A stretch of 64,000 nucleotides of DNA from Gammaproteobacteria bacterium (GCA_009841635.1 VXLJ01000001.1:8028-72027); one strand, 5' to 3'; counted from the stretch's first letter, positions 45,935 through 55,989 are shown. Numbers and translations are program-made. Notes: generated from the sequence alone by a model not told the origin.

Positions 45935-46998
45935 TGTCTCGCAGCTTCGATCGGCGCTTGCATGGGTGAACTATCGCCGCGCGCACCAAGCGAACGACGA
46001 GGGTCTAAAGCGTCTCGAACACCTTCGCCAATAAAGATCAATAACGTGAGCATGACCACAAGCGTGGTAAATACACCCATGCCGATCCACCATGCTTGCA
46101 AGTTGCTCTTCGCAGCTGAGAGCAAACGACCAAGTGATGGGGACTCGATCGGCAGGCCGAACCCCAAGAAATCCAACGCTGTTAACGACACGATCGAACT
46201 CGTCAAAATGAACGGCAAGTAAGTCAGTGCGGACACCGCGGCATTCGGCAATACGTGCCGAAAAATCACGACGAAATCTTTAACGCCTAAACCCCAAGCT
46301 GCGCGGACAAATTCAAAGTTTCGCGCACGCAAAAATTCCGCTCGCACAACGCCAACTAATGTCATCCAACTGAACATAACCAAGATGCCCAGGAGCCAAT
46401 AGACGTTGGGCTCAACCATGCTTGCGAGAATGATCAAAACGAACAGCACCGGCAAGCCCACCCAAACCTCGACGATACGTTGGCCGATCAGATCGATCAA
46501 GCCGCCGAAATAACCCTGTATCGCGCCTACAAAAATGCCGATGGATGACGCCAAAATGGTGAGCACGATGCCGAACAGCACCGACAATCTAAAGCCGTAC
46601 AGCAGTTTGGCAATGATGTCCGTACCCATGTTATCCGTGCCCAACCAATGTGCCGAATCCGGAGGCGCAGGCACGATCGTGCGTTCCCAATCAATCGTGT
46701 CAAACGAATAGCGAATGGGAGGCCACCAGGCCCAACCATTAGCCTCGATTTCTTGCGTGGTAAACGGATCGAAATACCATGCTTCAGTTTCCAAGACACC
46801 ACCTAAATCTTTGTCCGAATAGGTGAAGATCAACGGAAAGTGCAGCTCACCTTTGTAACTGAACAGGATGGGTTTGTCATTCGCGATGAACTCGGTGAAC
46901 ATGCTGACGACGAACAGCACCAGAAAAATCCACAACGAATAGAACGCCCGGCTGTTATTGCGGAAGTTGTCAAGCCGCCGTCGATTTAGAGGCGTCAT
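45931..46998 (-). CDS. ABC transporter permease, YejE-like
   Basis: 355 aa. N-terminal FIANDKP block and a BPD-transport inner-membrane domain. Confidence 0.8.
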   Translation of the reverse strand: MTPLNRRRLDNFRNNSRAFYSLWIFLVLFVVSMFTEFIANDKPILFSYKGELHFPLIFTYSDKDLGGVLETEAWYFDPFTTQEIEANGWAWWPPIRYSFDTIDWERTIVPAPPDSAHWLGTDNMGTDIIAKLLYGFRLSVLFGIVLTILASSIGIFVGAIQGYFGGLIDLIGQRIVEVWVGLPVLFVLIILASMVEPNVYWLLGILVMFSWMTLVGVVRAEFLRARNFEFVRAAWGLGVKDFVVIFRHVLPNAAVSALTYLPFILTSSIVSLTALDFLGFGLPIESPSLGRLLSAAKSNLQAWWIGMGVFTTLVVMLTLLIFIGEGVRDALDPRRSLGARGDSSPMQAPIEAARQ

Positions 46999-48071
46999 GT
47001 TTCGCGCGTCTCAAAGTCAATGCGTGGATCGACAACCACATACATCAAATCCCCAACCAATTGCATGCTTAATCCCAGCAGACTAAACATATAGAGCGTC
47101 GCGAATAACACAGGATAGTCCCTGACGATCACGGCTTCGTACCCCAGCAAGCCAATCCCCTCAAGCGAAAAGATCACTTCGATCAAGAGCGCGCCTGTAA
47201 ACAAGATGCCTACAAACGCCGCTGGGAATCCGGCGATGATGATGAGCATGGCATTGCGAAACACGTGCAAGAACAACGTGCGTTTTTCAGTTAAACCTTT
47301 GGCTCTCGCAGTCAGTACATATTGCTTGCCAATCTCCTCAAGAAAGCAGTTTTTGGTAAGCATGGTCAATGTGGCGAAACCGCCTAACGTAAGCGCTATT
47401 ACGGGTAACGCGAGATGCCAAAGCACATCGCCGAGCTGCTGCCAAAACGTCAGTTCGGTGAATGAGTCCGAGACCAACCCCCGCATAGGAAAGACATTGA
47501 GCCACTCCCCTCCTGCTAAGGTCACCAAAAAGATGATGGCGAACAAGAACTGCGGTATGGCGTACGCAGTAAAGATGATGGTGCTAGAAAAGATATCGAT
47601 TGGTCCACCATCTCGGACCGCCTTCAGAACGCCAAGCGGGATCGAGATTGAGTAGATGAGAAACATCGAACACAATCCCAAGGAGATTGACACCGGCAAT
47701 CTCTCGATGATGATCTCACCGACGCTGCGGTCTTGGTAATAAGACTTGCCAAAATCAAATCGCAGATAGTTCCAAAGCATCAGGAAAAAGCGTTCGTGTG
47801 CTGGTTTGTCGAAACCAAACCGTTTTTCGATTTCCTCGATAAAAGCGGGATCCAGACCACTGCCGCCTTGGTACCCTGATTCCGATGATGGACCCATCGA
47901 TTCCGCGGTGGAAATATTTGCGGTCGTCGACATATTCAAGCCTGAAAACTGCGCGATCGCTTGTTCTACAGGACCACCAGGCGCAAACTGAATGATGATG
48001 AAGTTCAGCAGCAAAATGCCCAACAGCGTAATCGGGATCAACACCAACCGGCGCAGGATGTAGTGAATCAT
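46995..48071 (-). CDS. ABC transporter permease, YejB-like
   Basis: 358 aa. N-terminal ILRRL..IP...GI...NF.IIQFAPGGPVEQ matches YejB/OppB-type permeases. Confidence 0.8.
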   Translation of the reverse strand: MIHYILRRLVLIPITLLGILLLNFIIIQFAPGGPVEQAIAQFSGLNMSTTANISTAESMGPSSESGYQGGSGLDPAFIEEIEKRFGFDKPAHERFFLMLWNYLRFDFGKSYYQDRSVGEIIIERLPVSISLGLCSMFLIYSISIPLGVLKAVRDGGPIDIFSSTIIFTAYAIPQFLFAIIFLVTLAGGEWLNVFPMRGLVSDSFTELTFWQQLGDVLWHLALPVIALTLGGFATLTMLTKNCFLEEIGKQYVLTARAKGLTEKRTLFLHVFRNAMLIIIAGFPAAFVGILFTGALLIEVIFSLEGIGLLGYEAVIVRDYPVLFATLYMFSLLGLSMQLVGDLMYVVVDPRIDFETRET

Positions 48072-49942
48072 TAATTGCGACCAGAGTATTCAGCTACTTT
48101 AGCTGCGCGCTCTTCATCCCACCACCAGGTCTGAATGTGCGATGTGATGCGGGAAGTTGCGACTGGCTCAGGTTTGCCAAATCGATCCCAATACGCCAGT
48201 CCAACTCTGGTTTTTGCCATGCCTGGTATGAAATAGAAATTCCATAGCAGTACGCGATCCAACGCACGAATGGCGGCAGCATAGTCTTCAAATTCGTTCG
48301 ACGTTTTAATGCGTTCGATCAGAAAATCAACTGCCGGATTACGGATATTTGCCCAATTTGAGCTGTACTCCATATCCGCCTGCGAGCTGTGAAAGAAGTT
48401 GTCGATGTGAGATGTCGGCGTGTTGGTCGGTAAAAACCAAATGGCGCCCGCGTCAAAATCACCGGTCCGCATCCGCGACAACCAATTAGAAATTTCCGGT
48501 GATTTCGCAGTGGCGGTGATACCGAGTCGCCGCAGCACCTGCATGTAATGAATAAATGAACTGGCAAGCGCAGGTGATACGGCGACCATGCGAATGTGAA
48601 ACGCTTCGCCAGTTTCCTCGTGCACGAGCTTCTGATCGTCCAATACCCATCCCGCTTCCCGCAACAATTCTTGCGCACGCAGCAAGGTCTCCCGGTCATA
48701 GCCACCACCTTGATTTGGGGGAGGGCGATATGGTTCAGTGAAAACCCGTGGGGGAACTAAGTCGCGTATGGGTTCTAAGTGCCGCAGTTCGAGTTCATCC
48801 GGTAGACCTTTCGCGGCGTACATTGGCGAACCATGAAAGTAGCTCGTCGCGAGATCGTAAAACCCGTAATTGCGCTTATTCAGAAAGACGAGATCATGTA
48901 CGAGCCAAAGAGCTTCGCGTACACGAACATCCTGAAATCGCTTTTGATCTAAATTCCAAAATACGGGCCACCACAAACCTGCAGGTCGCATTTGCGGGAC
49001 GTAGGATTTCTTAAACAAGCCGAGTTCACGCGGACGAAACTCATAGGCTTGTTCCCAAAGCCTTGGAATGTTCTCTACGTGTACGTCAATGACATCCCCT
49101 TTCAAACTTTCAGTTTGAACTTGGTCATCGCGAAAGTAGTCAAATTTCACGAAATCAAAATTGAAACGGCCCCGATTGACCGGCAGATCGCGCGCCCAAT
49201 AGTCCTCGACCCGCTTGTATCGCAGCCATTGACCAACGTAGAAATCGTCAATTTCATAGGGCCCGGAACCAAGCGGTGGCTTCACCGTCGTTTCGAGTAT
49301 GTCGTGGTCCCCACTTGTCCAGTAGTGCTTCGGCAAGATTGCCATAGTCCCTATTCGAATGGGCAATAACGGATCCGATCGATACGCCTCATCAATGTGA
49401 AAGAGAACTTCACGCGGTGAAATAACCTCAACGCTCGAGAAGCCAGCGATGGGATTCTGAATGCTCGGATTCGCTTCGAATCGATAAATATTGAAGGTGT
49501 AAACGACGTCATCGACCGTGATAGGTTTGCCATCGTGCCAACGCGCCGAGTCTCGCAATCGAAACGCAATCCAAGAGCGATCTGGTGCGATCGCGATGCC
49601 TTCCGCAATCAAGCCGTAAATTGAGGCGACTTCGTCCGCAGCGAACTCCATGAGTGCGTCTAACAGCAAGTTGTCCGAAGGTGAACCTACGGCTAACGTC
49701 GCCGCTACCCTACCTCGAGGTGGCACGGGATTGAAACTATCCCAATTGCCCATTTGCGGAATTCGGATTTGCCCACCTTTCGGCGCGTCCGGATTAATGT
49801 AGTTGAAATGCTCGAAGTCAGGCGGTAAATTGGGTTCGCTTAAAAATGCATAGCCATGCTGGTAGGGAATTTGCTGCGCAACCACCGATGAGGCTGCGCC
49901 AATGACCGACAGCCAAGCACAGCACCAAATGACGAACTTCAT
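48071..49942 (-). CDS. ABC transporter family-5 substrate-binding protein, YejA-like
   Basis: 623 aa with a signal peptide and the size and pattern of YejA-type extracellular solute-binding proteins. TAATG overlap with the next gene. Confidence 0.75.
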   Translation of the reverse strand: MKFVIWCCAWLSVIGAASSVVAQQIPYQHGYAFLSEPNLPPDFEHFNYINPDAPKGGQIRIPQMGNWDSFNPVPPRGRVAATLAVGSPSDNLLLDALMEFAADEVASIYGLIAEGIAIAPDRSWIAFRLRDSARWHDGKPITVDDVVYTFNIYRFEANPSIQNPIAGFSSVEVISPREVLFHIDEAYRSDPLLPIRIGTMAILPKHYWTSGDHDILETTVKPPLGSGPYEIDDFYVGQWLRYKRVEDYWARDLPVNRGRFNFDFVKFDYFRDDQVQTESLKGDVIDVHVENIPRLWEQAYEFRPRELGLFKKSYVPQMRPAGLWWPVFWNLDQKRFQDVRVREALWLVHDLVFLNKRNYGFYDLATSYFHGSPMYAAKGLPDELELRHLEPIRDLVPPRVFTEPYRPPPNQGGGYDRETLLRAQELLREAGWVLDDQKLVHEETGEAFHIRMVAVSPALASSFIHYMQVLRRLGITATAKSPEISNWLSRMRTGDFDAGAIWFLPTNTPTSHIDNFFHSSQADMEYSSNWANIRNPAVDFLIERIKTSNEFEDYAAAIRALDRVLLWNFYFIPGMAKTRVGLAYWDRFGKPEPVATSRITSHIQTWWWDEERAAKVAEYSGRN

Positions 49943-49989
49943 CCTGTTGCAGCCCTACCGTATAGCCAAAACTCGACTAGCAAATCAAT

Positions 49990-50994
49990 TTAAACTCGAT
50001 AAACCCGTGCGGCGGTGCCGTAAAACATGGCGTCTTTTTCGTCTTCACTGAAATCTGCGACGATTTTCTTCAAACCATTCCATAGCACTTGATATGAAAT
50101 CGACAGCTTGTCCACCGGGAAATTGCTTTCGAACATGCAACGATCCGGTCCGAAACACTCAATGGTGTGAAGGTAATAACGCTTCTGCGCCTCGACGAAC
50201 TCATCTGACGTTGGGGGACGCTCATTCTTGTCCCAGCCAAAGCCATTGTCTGGCATCGCAAGCCCACCTAATTTCGCGGTGACGTTAGGACACGTCGCAA
50301 TTTCAGCCATATCGACCTTCCATTGCTCAAAAATCTCGTCTTGTTTATTCGCGTACGCGCCCACCCCAAGCGGCGTGCCAAAGTGATCAAGAATCATGGT
50401 TGTGCCTGGAACCGCTCGTGCTAGTTCGAGATATTCACGATTCTGATGAAAGAAATGCCACGTGTCATAGGTGTATCCCATCTCACCCAACGTTCGCACA
50501 CCTTCTTGAAAATCCTCTCGTGTGTAGGGACACGGCCGACCTCGACCGGCGTTCGTCAAAGTCCCGGTCGTGTCATATGGACCTGCATGGCGGATTCCGC
50601 GGAATCGACCTTTACCCGCGGCTTCGTGCGCATCCAAAACCTCAGCCACACCTTTCCCTAATTCCATATTTGCATGGCTCACGATGCCCGCAATGGTTGT
50701 CCGATCAGGATCAGCAGCGCTTTCCTGTGCGACCCCTGCAACGTATTCGGTTTCGCCAACCGGTCGTAACTGCTCAGGACCATCGGTCCGGTAATTCGAG
50801 TGGCAATCGATGAATACGGTCTTTTCTACGTTGTGTCCCGAGCCAGTATCGGCCCACAGATCTTTCAGTTCATAGGTGCCCCAAAACGAGGGCGTTGACC
50901 ACAAATGATGGTGAGGATCAATGATGCGACGTTCGGGTTCTACGATGTCTTCTTGAACGAGAGCGCGCCATTCGTCAGTACTTGGTTGCGCCAC
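49990..50994 (-). CDS. amidohydrolase family protein (amidohydrolase_2 / ACMSD-like)
   Basis: 334 aa with a GTG start. DPHHHLW metal motif, LDHFG, and a late FESNFP block. Confidence 0.75.
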   Translation of the reverse strand: MAQPSTDEWRALVQEDIVEPERRIIDPHHHLWSTPSFWGTYELKDLWADTGSGHNVEKTVFIDCHSNYRTDGPEQLRPVGETEYVAGVAQESAADPDRTTIAGIVSHANMELGKGVAEVLDAHEAAGKGRFRGIRHAGPYDTTGTLTNAGRGRPCPYTREDFQEGVRTLGEMGYTYDTWHFFHQNREYLELARAVPGTTMILDHFGTPLGVGAYANKQDEIFEQWKVDMAEIATCPNVTAKLGGLAMPDNGFGWDKNERPPTSDEFVEAQKRYYLHTIECFGPDRCMFESNFPVDKLSISYQVLWNGLKKIVADFSEDEKDAMFYGTAARVYRV

Positions 50995-51131
50995 AAAAAA
51001 TCCCCTCTTCGAATATACAAGAGTGCGTTGAAACTGTCACCTCTAACCGTCGAGGCGTGAGCGCCTAATTAAATAGGAAGCCTTTTGCCATCTCACGGTT
51101 GTAGCAACGTGTCACGCCAGCAGGTGCAACG

Positions 51132-52088
51132 CTAGGTCACTTTCATCCCGTGTGCGCCAGGCACCAAGACGTCATAACCATCTTTTAGCGACTCTTTTGG
51201 TCGCATGCAATCTGCGAAATAGTTGAGCGCACCGCCACCTTGCGTGTAGCCAATAAGTCGCCGCATGTCGTCACTGAGTGTTCTAGCGATCTCAGGAGGA
51301 CAAGAAAGAAATTGGTTTTCTTCCTGCGCTAGGAATGAAAGGCTGTAGTCAATATTCATGCCGATGCGGCGTTGTTCGGTCGTGTTAGCTCCCGCGCCGT
51401 GAACTGTCCAGCCGGTCCAAATCAATACGCTACCGCACAACATCGTCGCTTGTATCGACGCCGTGTCTACTTCACCTAGCCAAGTCTTAGTTCCTTCGCT
51501 CTTCTCGCGACTTTGCACGTCTGGCCAACGATGACTGCCTGGTATGACATGGGTTGCACCATTTGCGGCGGTGAAATCCGTAAGTGCCCACATCGTTTCA
51601 ATTTGTGGGTCCAACCTATCCCCTGCCATGTCGTGCACCCACAACCCATTGCCGCGGTGGACACCTTGTTTTTGTTGGCCTGGTCCAACATCGATGATTT
51701 GAGTTAAACCGACCCGCCACGGATAGCGTCCCTTACCTCGGGGAGACTGAGTTATGCGCACTTCATTGCCGTCCCGAACCTGCGCGCCCAACAGCTGATC
51801 ACAAACATGAAGCACAGCCGGGTGCGCGATGGCATGGTGCGACGCTACCGATCGCGCCACCAATGCGCCAACCCGACGCGAGTGTTCTAAGCCGTGCAAC
51901 CCATGTGGCGTCGAATCGATATAAGGTTGCATTTCGGTCACGATTTCAGTCGCTTCACTTGGTCGTAGCGCTTCTTCGATGATGACGACCCCATCGTCGC
52001 AAACCGCTTGAACAGCCACACGTTTGAACTCTTCAATCGTGCCGTTTGAACAGGCCTCTCGATAGTTAACTCGCTTGATCATTGCCAT
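51132..52088 (-). CDS. PhyH-family Fe(II)/2OG oxygenase
   Basis: 318 aa. Candidate metal ligands are in the VHRGNG/VHDM region, with a later HVIPGSH and TVHGAGAN. Confidence 0.7.
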   Translation of the reverse strand: MAMIKRVNYREACSNGTIEEFKRVAVQAVCDDGVVIIEEALRPSEATEIVTEMQPYIDSTPHGLHGLEHSRRVGALVARSVASHHAIAHPAVLHVCDQLLGAQVRDGNEVRITQSPRGKGRYPWRVGLTQIIDVGPGQQKQGVHRGNGLWVHDMAGDRLDPQIETMWALTDFTAANGATHVIPGSHRWPDVQSREKSEGTKTWLGEVDTASIQATMLCGSVLIWTGWTVHGAGANTTEQRRIGMNIDYSLSFLAQEENQFLSCPPEIARTLSDDMRRLIGYTQGGGALNYFADCMRPKESLKDGYDVLVPGAHGMKVT

Positions 52089-52168
52089 GCTTCGAGGTTA
52101 TTGTGAACCATCAGATGGCTACCACTTAGTTCACCTCGACAAACTATTGACAAACAATGGTTATCTCT

Positions 52169-52209
52169 CTGCAAGCCGAAGAGGGCGACTTGCAGCTGTT
52201 TCTTTTCGC
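52169..52209 (+). terminator. orphan terminator-like hairpin in a divergent intergenic region
   Basis: CTGCAAG - 13 nt - CTTGCAG (7 bp stem) followed by CTGTTTCTTTTC. No plus-strand gene ends upstream of it. Confidence 0.3.
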
Positions 52210-52505
52210 ACCCACACGAAACCACTCGCAGAGTTTGCATAAATAACTTCACAGCACCAATTGACCTCGTTGTGTGCCGTAATGCTATTGCTAAAGCACA
52301 AAGTCGTCTAGCCGTGTGTCCTCTCACGGGACTGGTTGTTCGTCTAAAAAAGCCTCTAAGTACTAGAAGCCTTGTGACCCCGCGTGCCACAGATTCGAAG
52401 CGGGTCGGAAATACAGTCAGAATTGCAGCCATTCTTAAAATCCGCCATAACGAAATCAACTGAGAAATCCTGACCTACAAGAGGTCTAGGAAGGCAACGA
52501 ACGCC

Positions 52506-53714
52506 ATGAAAGATAGCGAATCGCTATTGGTTTGGGGAGAAACGGACGTAGGCTGGGACGCCAATACCCCCATTAACGAAACCGTAGACGAAAACGGAAA
52601 TCTGCCGGAGAAACAACGCGGTTTTGGCGTAAGCGATCCACGCGCACCGCAGGCTCGCGTGTATGACGATCCGTCTGTTGAAGTTTTGCGCGAGAAACTG
52701 CGAGCGCACAACGGCTATCACGAGTTAGATATTTGCGATCCTGACGAAATCGAACGTGCGGCGACCATTTTTTGGCGCGATGGGTTTGTCGTGGTACGCG
52801 ACCTGCTCGATGAAGATCATCTCGCAAAATTTAGGGAAGGTAGCAGTCGAGTTCTAAGAGAAATTCTGCGCCCAGATGGTCCTGACGGTCGTAAATACAT
52901 CACGGAGTCGGGTCGCTTACCGCACCGCTACAGCTACGGCACAACATCGTCTTCGCGGCAATTGTTACACGACGATGCATGGGCGTCGATGGTGGATTTA
53001 GAGTCGACGACGCCGTTGCTAAGCAAACTATTTGGCGGACCTGATTACGTCGTTGTAGGCGCGGGTGGCGACTTATGCCTCCCAGGTGCAGTTGAGTACC
53101 AACACTTACACTCTGACGTATACGAGCGCTTCAATCTGCCAGAAAGTCGAATTAAGCAAGCAGAAGCTCTTGGCATCGAAATACGACGCGATGAAGAAAC
53201 GAATGAAATCGACGCGCGCACGAAGCGTTTGATTTGCGACCGAACGCCAGCAATCATCACGATCAATTTTTTGATGAGCGATCTAACCTGGGAGAACGGT
53301 CCGATTCGTCAAATCCCAGGTTCGCATACAGCAGCGCGACAACCGCCGCCACCACAGGAAGAACCTGAGTGGATGCGAATGTGCACGTTGGTCGGCGCAA
53401 AAGCAGGCGCAGGCGTATTTCGAGACAACCGTGCATGGCACGGCGCGACGCCTAACTTAAGTCGCGAGATTCGCTCCATGCCTAACGTCGAATATGGCGC
53501 ACCTTGGATCGCGGGTCCGCATCATGGCAAAACCATGCCTTACAAAGTTTGGGAAACATTGAGCGATCATGCGCAACACATTTGCCGATTCGTTCACGAA
53601 GAACCTGGCGTATGGCCCGCCGGCGCTGGTTTGAATCACAGCTTAGGTGCAGAACGCAAGAAAGCAAAAGAGACGGTCAAATCCCCTCCGCCTTTTTACG
53701 CAGACTTGGTTTAG
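52506..53714 (+). CDS. PhyH-family Fe(II)/2OG oxygenase with an N-terminal extension of about 90 aa, paralog of 15000-15890
   Basis: Blocks RDGFVVVRD, GDLCLPGAVEYQHLHSD, RQIPGSH and AWHGATPNLS are shared with the ORF at 15000. Confidence 0.7.
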   Translation: MKDSESLLVWGETDVGWDANTPINETVDENGNLPEKQRGFGVSDPRAPQARVYDDPSVEVLREKLRAHNGYHELDICDPDEIERAATIFWRDGFVVVRDLLDEDHLAKFREGSSRVLREILRPDGPDGRKYITESGRLPHRYSYGTTSSSRQLLHDDAWASMVDLESTTPLLSKLFGGPDYVVVGAGGDLCLPGAVEYQHLHSDVYERFNLPESRIKQAEALGIEIRRDEETNEIDARTKRLICDRTPAIITINFLMSDLTWENGPIRQIPGSHTAARQPPPPQEEPEWMRMCTLVGAKAGAGVFRDNRAWHGATPNLSREIRSMPNVEYGAPWIAGPHHGKTMPYKVWETLSDHAQHICRFVHEEPGVWPAGAGLNHSLGAERKKAKETVKSPPPFYADLV

Positions 53715-54063
53715 CAGGCCTACCGATTAGGTGAAAAACGCGGTTTGTTCTACAGCCTCGCAGACAAACTAACGCGGCAAGCGACTCAAAGGTCTGAATG
53801 GCTAGCGAACCCATTAGCGCGCTTCTCGTCGTTCGCTACGGGACCTACTTTCGCTAATTAATCCTTTACCGACCGGTGTTTAACTAGCCTTTTCCGGCGG
53901 AGGGCCGGCTATGTTCGCAATTCTTGCCCCCTAGCCAGTCTAAGTTGGCTTCTACTCGGCAACCACCCGTCAAAGCAAAGTCAGAACGTCGCATTACCTT
54001 TCGCAGACCAGGTCATGCCCACCTGATAATTTCGTCTTGCCAGCACGTAGGGTTTAAAGCACG

Positions 54064-54864
54064 ATGGCGGAAGAGCTGATCCTGTTTGAGGTCAAAAACC
54101 GCGTACTAACGATTACGTTAAACAACCCAACGAAACTCAATCCTGTGTCCGATCCAATGTCCTTTCCTGCCATTGAGCGCTTGCGAGCTGCTGTGGATGA
54201 TCCGGACATCGGCGCAGTCGTCCTAACGGGCGCAGGTCGCGCGTTTTGTGCCGGAGGCGATGTGAGCAATATGGCTGGTCAGGATCCCGATGCACCTCCT
54301 CGCACATATGAAGAAAGCGTCGAACACCAGCGCAAGCGTCACGTGTTCCCACAGCTGCTGCACAGCATCCCGAAGGTGACAATCGCAGCTGTCAATGGTC
54401 ATGCAGTTGGCGCAGGTTTGGGCTTGGCGGCAAGCTGTGATTTGCGCTTCGCCTCAAGCGCTGCGAAATTTGGCACTGCGTTTGCAAATGTCGGATTAGG
54501 CGGGGACTTCGGCACCACGTGGCAACTTACTAGACTCGTGGGAGAAGCGAAAGCCAAAGAACTGTTTTTCCTGCCAGATATTTTTGACGCAAAGACAGCC
54601 CTTCAGATTGGTTTGGTCAATCGCGTACTGCCTGCGGATCGATTTCGAGAAGATGTACAAGAAATTGCTGAACGTATTGCCGCAGGTCCGCTCGTTAGCT
54701 ATCGCTGGATGAAAGAGAACGTGAATCAGGCTTCGCTTACTGATTTCAAGACATCGCTCGAAAAGGAAGCTGTCACTCATTTGCGTTGTGCGCAGACGGA
54801 AGATCACAAAGAAGGCGTCGCATCATTCATGCATAAGCGCCAACCTCATTTCAACGGCCGCTAA
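54064..54864 (+). CDS. enoyl-CoA hydratase/isomerase (crotonase) family protein
   Basis: 266 aa with FCAGGD and AAVNGHAVGAGLGLAASCDLR motifs. Confidence 0.85.
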   Translation: MAEELILFEVKNRVLTITLNNPTKLNPVSDPMSFPAIERLRAAVDDPDIGAVVLTGAGRAFCAGGDVSNMAGQDPDAPPRTYEESVEHQRKRHVFPQLLHSIPKVTIAAVNGHAVGAGLGLAASCDLRFASSAAKFGTAFANVGLGGDFGTTWQLTRLVGEAKAKELFFLPDIFDAKTALQIGLVNRVLPADRFREDVQEIAERIAAGPLVSYRWMKENVNQASLTDFKTSLEKEAVTHLRCAQTEDHKEGVASFMHKRQPHFNGR

Positions 54865-54890
54865 GTCGGCTTCGCGCTTAATTTCGAACT

Positions 54891-55973
54891 GTGCCTGACG
54901 CCCACGTCGAATTTCGCAACGTTTCGAAAACGTTCGACGGCGAAACATATGTCGCGCAAGACATCAATCTTCAAGTACCGAGAGGTGAGTTCTTAACACT
55001 GCTCGGTCCTTCGGGTTCTGGCAAAACCACCTGCCTCATGATGCTTGCTGGGTTTGAAGCGCCATCTTCTGGTGAAATACTGGTCGACGGGGTTCCGGTC
55101 CATGACACGCCGCCACATCGACGCGCCTATGGCATCGTGTTTCAGAACTACGCACTCTTCCCTCACATGAGCGTAGAGAAAAACCTCGCATTTCCACTTC
55201 AAGTCCGCGGTGTTGAAAAAGCAAGGCAACAAGAGCAGGTTGCGCGGGTGCTGGAACTCGTTCAACTTCAAGGATTCGGTGCACGGCGGCCAACTCAACT
55301 GTCCGGCGGACAGCAGCAACGCATTGCCATAGCTCGCGCATTGGTATACGAACCTGAACTCGTACTTATGGATGAACCCTTAGGTGCGCTGGATCGCCAG
55401 TTACGCGAGGAGATGCAGTACGAAATTCGTCGCATCCAAGATGCCGTCGGCGTGACGATGCTCTATGTCACGCACGATCAGGGTGAAGCGATGGTCATGT
55501 CCGACCGCATTGCAGTTTTTGAGGCTGGTCGGATCAAACAGCTAGCCGCACCCATCACGCTTTACGAAGAACCCAATGATCCGTTCGTCGCTAGTTTTAT
55601 TGGCGAGAACAATCGATTAGCTGGTGTGGTTCAAACCGTCGAGGATGACATCTGCATCGTCGATGTCAAAGGCCACACGGTTCATGCGGCGCAAGTCAGC
55701 AAAACCACGCAGGCTGGTGACGATGTACTAGTCGTGCTAAGACCTGAACGCATTTCAGTTCAACCCAGAAATCATGACTACAGCAACGTACATCGAGCTA
55801 AAGTCGTAGACCTCACCTTCGTTGGTGATCACTTACGCGTGCTCCTCCACGCGTGTGGCAATGAATCGCTCATCGCCAAGATTCCTAACACAGCTGGACA
55901 CGGCAGTGTGCTAGAAGGCGATCACATTAACATCGGTTGGGCGACGCTGGATTGTCGCGCCATACCCATTTAG
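54891..55973 (+). CDS. ABC transporter ATP-binding protein (PotA-like)
   Basis: Walker A GPSGSGKTT, signature LSGGQQQRIAIARA, Walker B LVLMDEP, and a C-terminal TOBE-like domain. GTG start. Confidence 0.9.
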   Translation: MPDAHVEFRNVSKTFDGETYVAQDINLQVPRGEFLTLLGPSGSGKTTCLMMLAGFEAPSSGEILVDGVPVHDTPPHRRAYGIVFQNYALFPHMSVEKNLAFPLQVRGVEKARQQEQVARVLELVQLQGFGARRPTQLSGGQQQRIAIARALVYEPELVLMDEPLGALDRQLREEMQYEIRRIQDAVGVTMLYVTHDQGEAMVMSDRIAVFEAGRIKQLAAPITLYEEPNDPFVASFIGENNRLAGVVQTVEDDICIVDVKGHTVHAAQVSKTTQAGDDVLVVLRPERISVQPRNHDYSNVHRAKVVDLTFVGDHLRVLLHACGNESLIAKIPNTAGHGSVLEGDHINIGWATLDCRAIPI

Positions 55974-55989
55974 CTGTTTGGAGTATTGA

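Noticed and set aside
52079-52459. 126 aa minus-strand ORF in the divergent intergenic region.
   Set aside because: Its Arg/Cys/Leu-rich composition is unlike the real genes here. It overlaps the start of the 51132-52088 gene and has no recognisable motif.
54007-54015. ACCAGGTCA, resembling the core of 4.5S/SRP RNA.
   Set aside because: Only 9 nt match. The flanking GGUCCGGAAGGAAGCAGCC element and the closing helix are absent.
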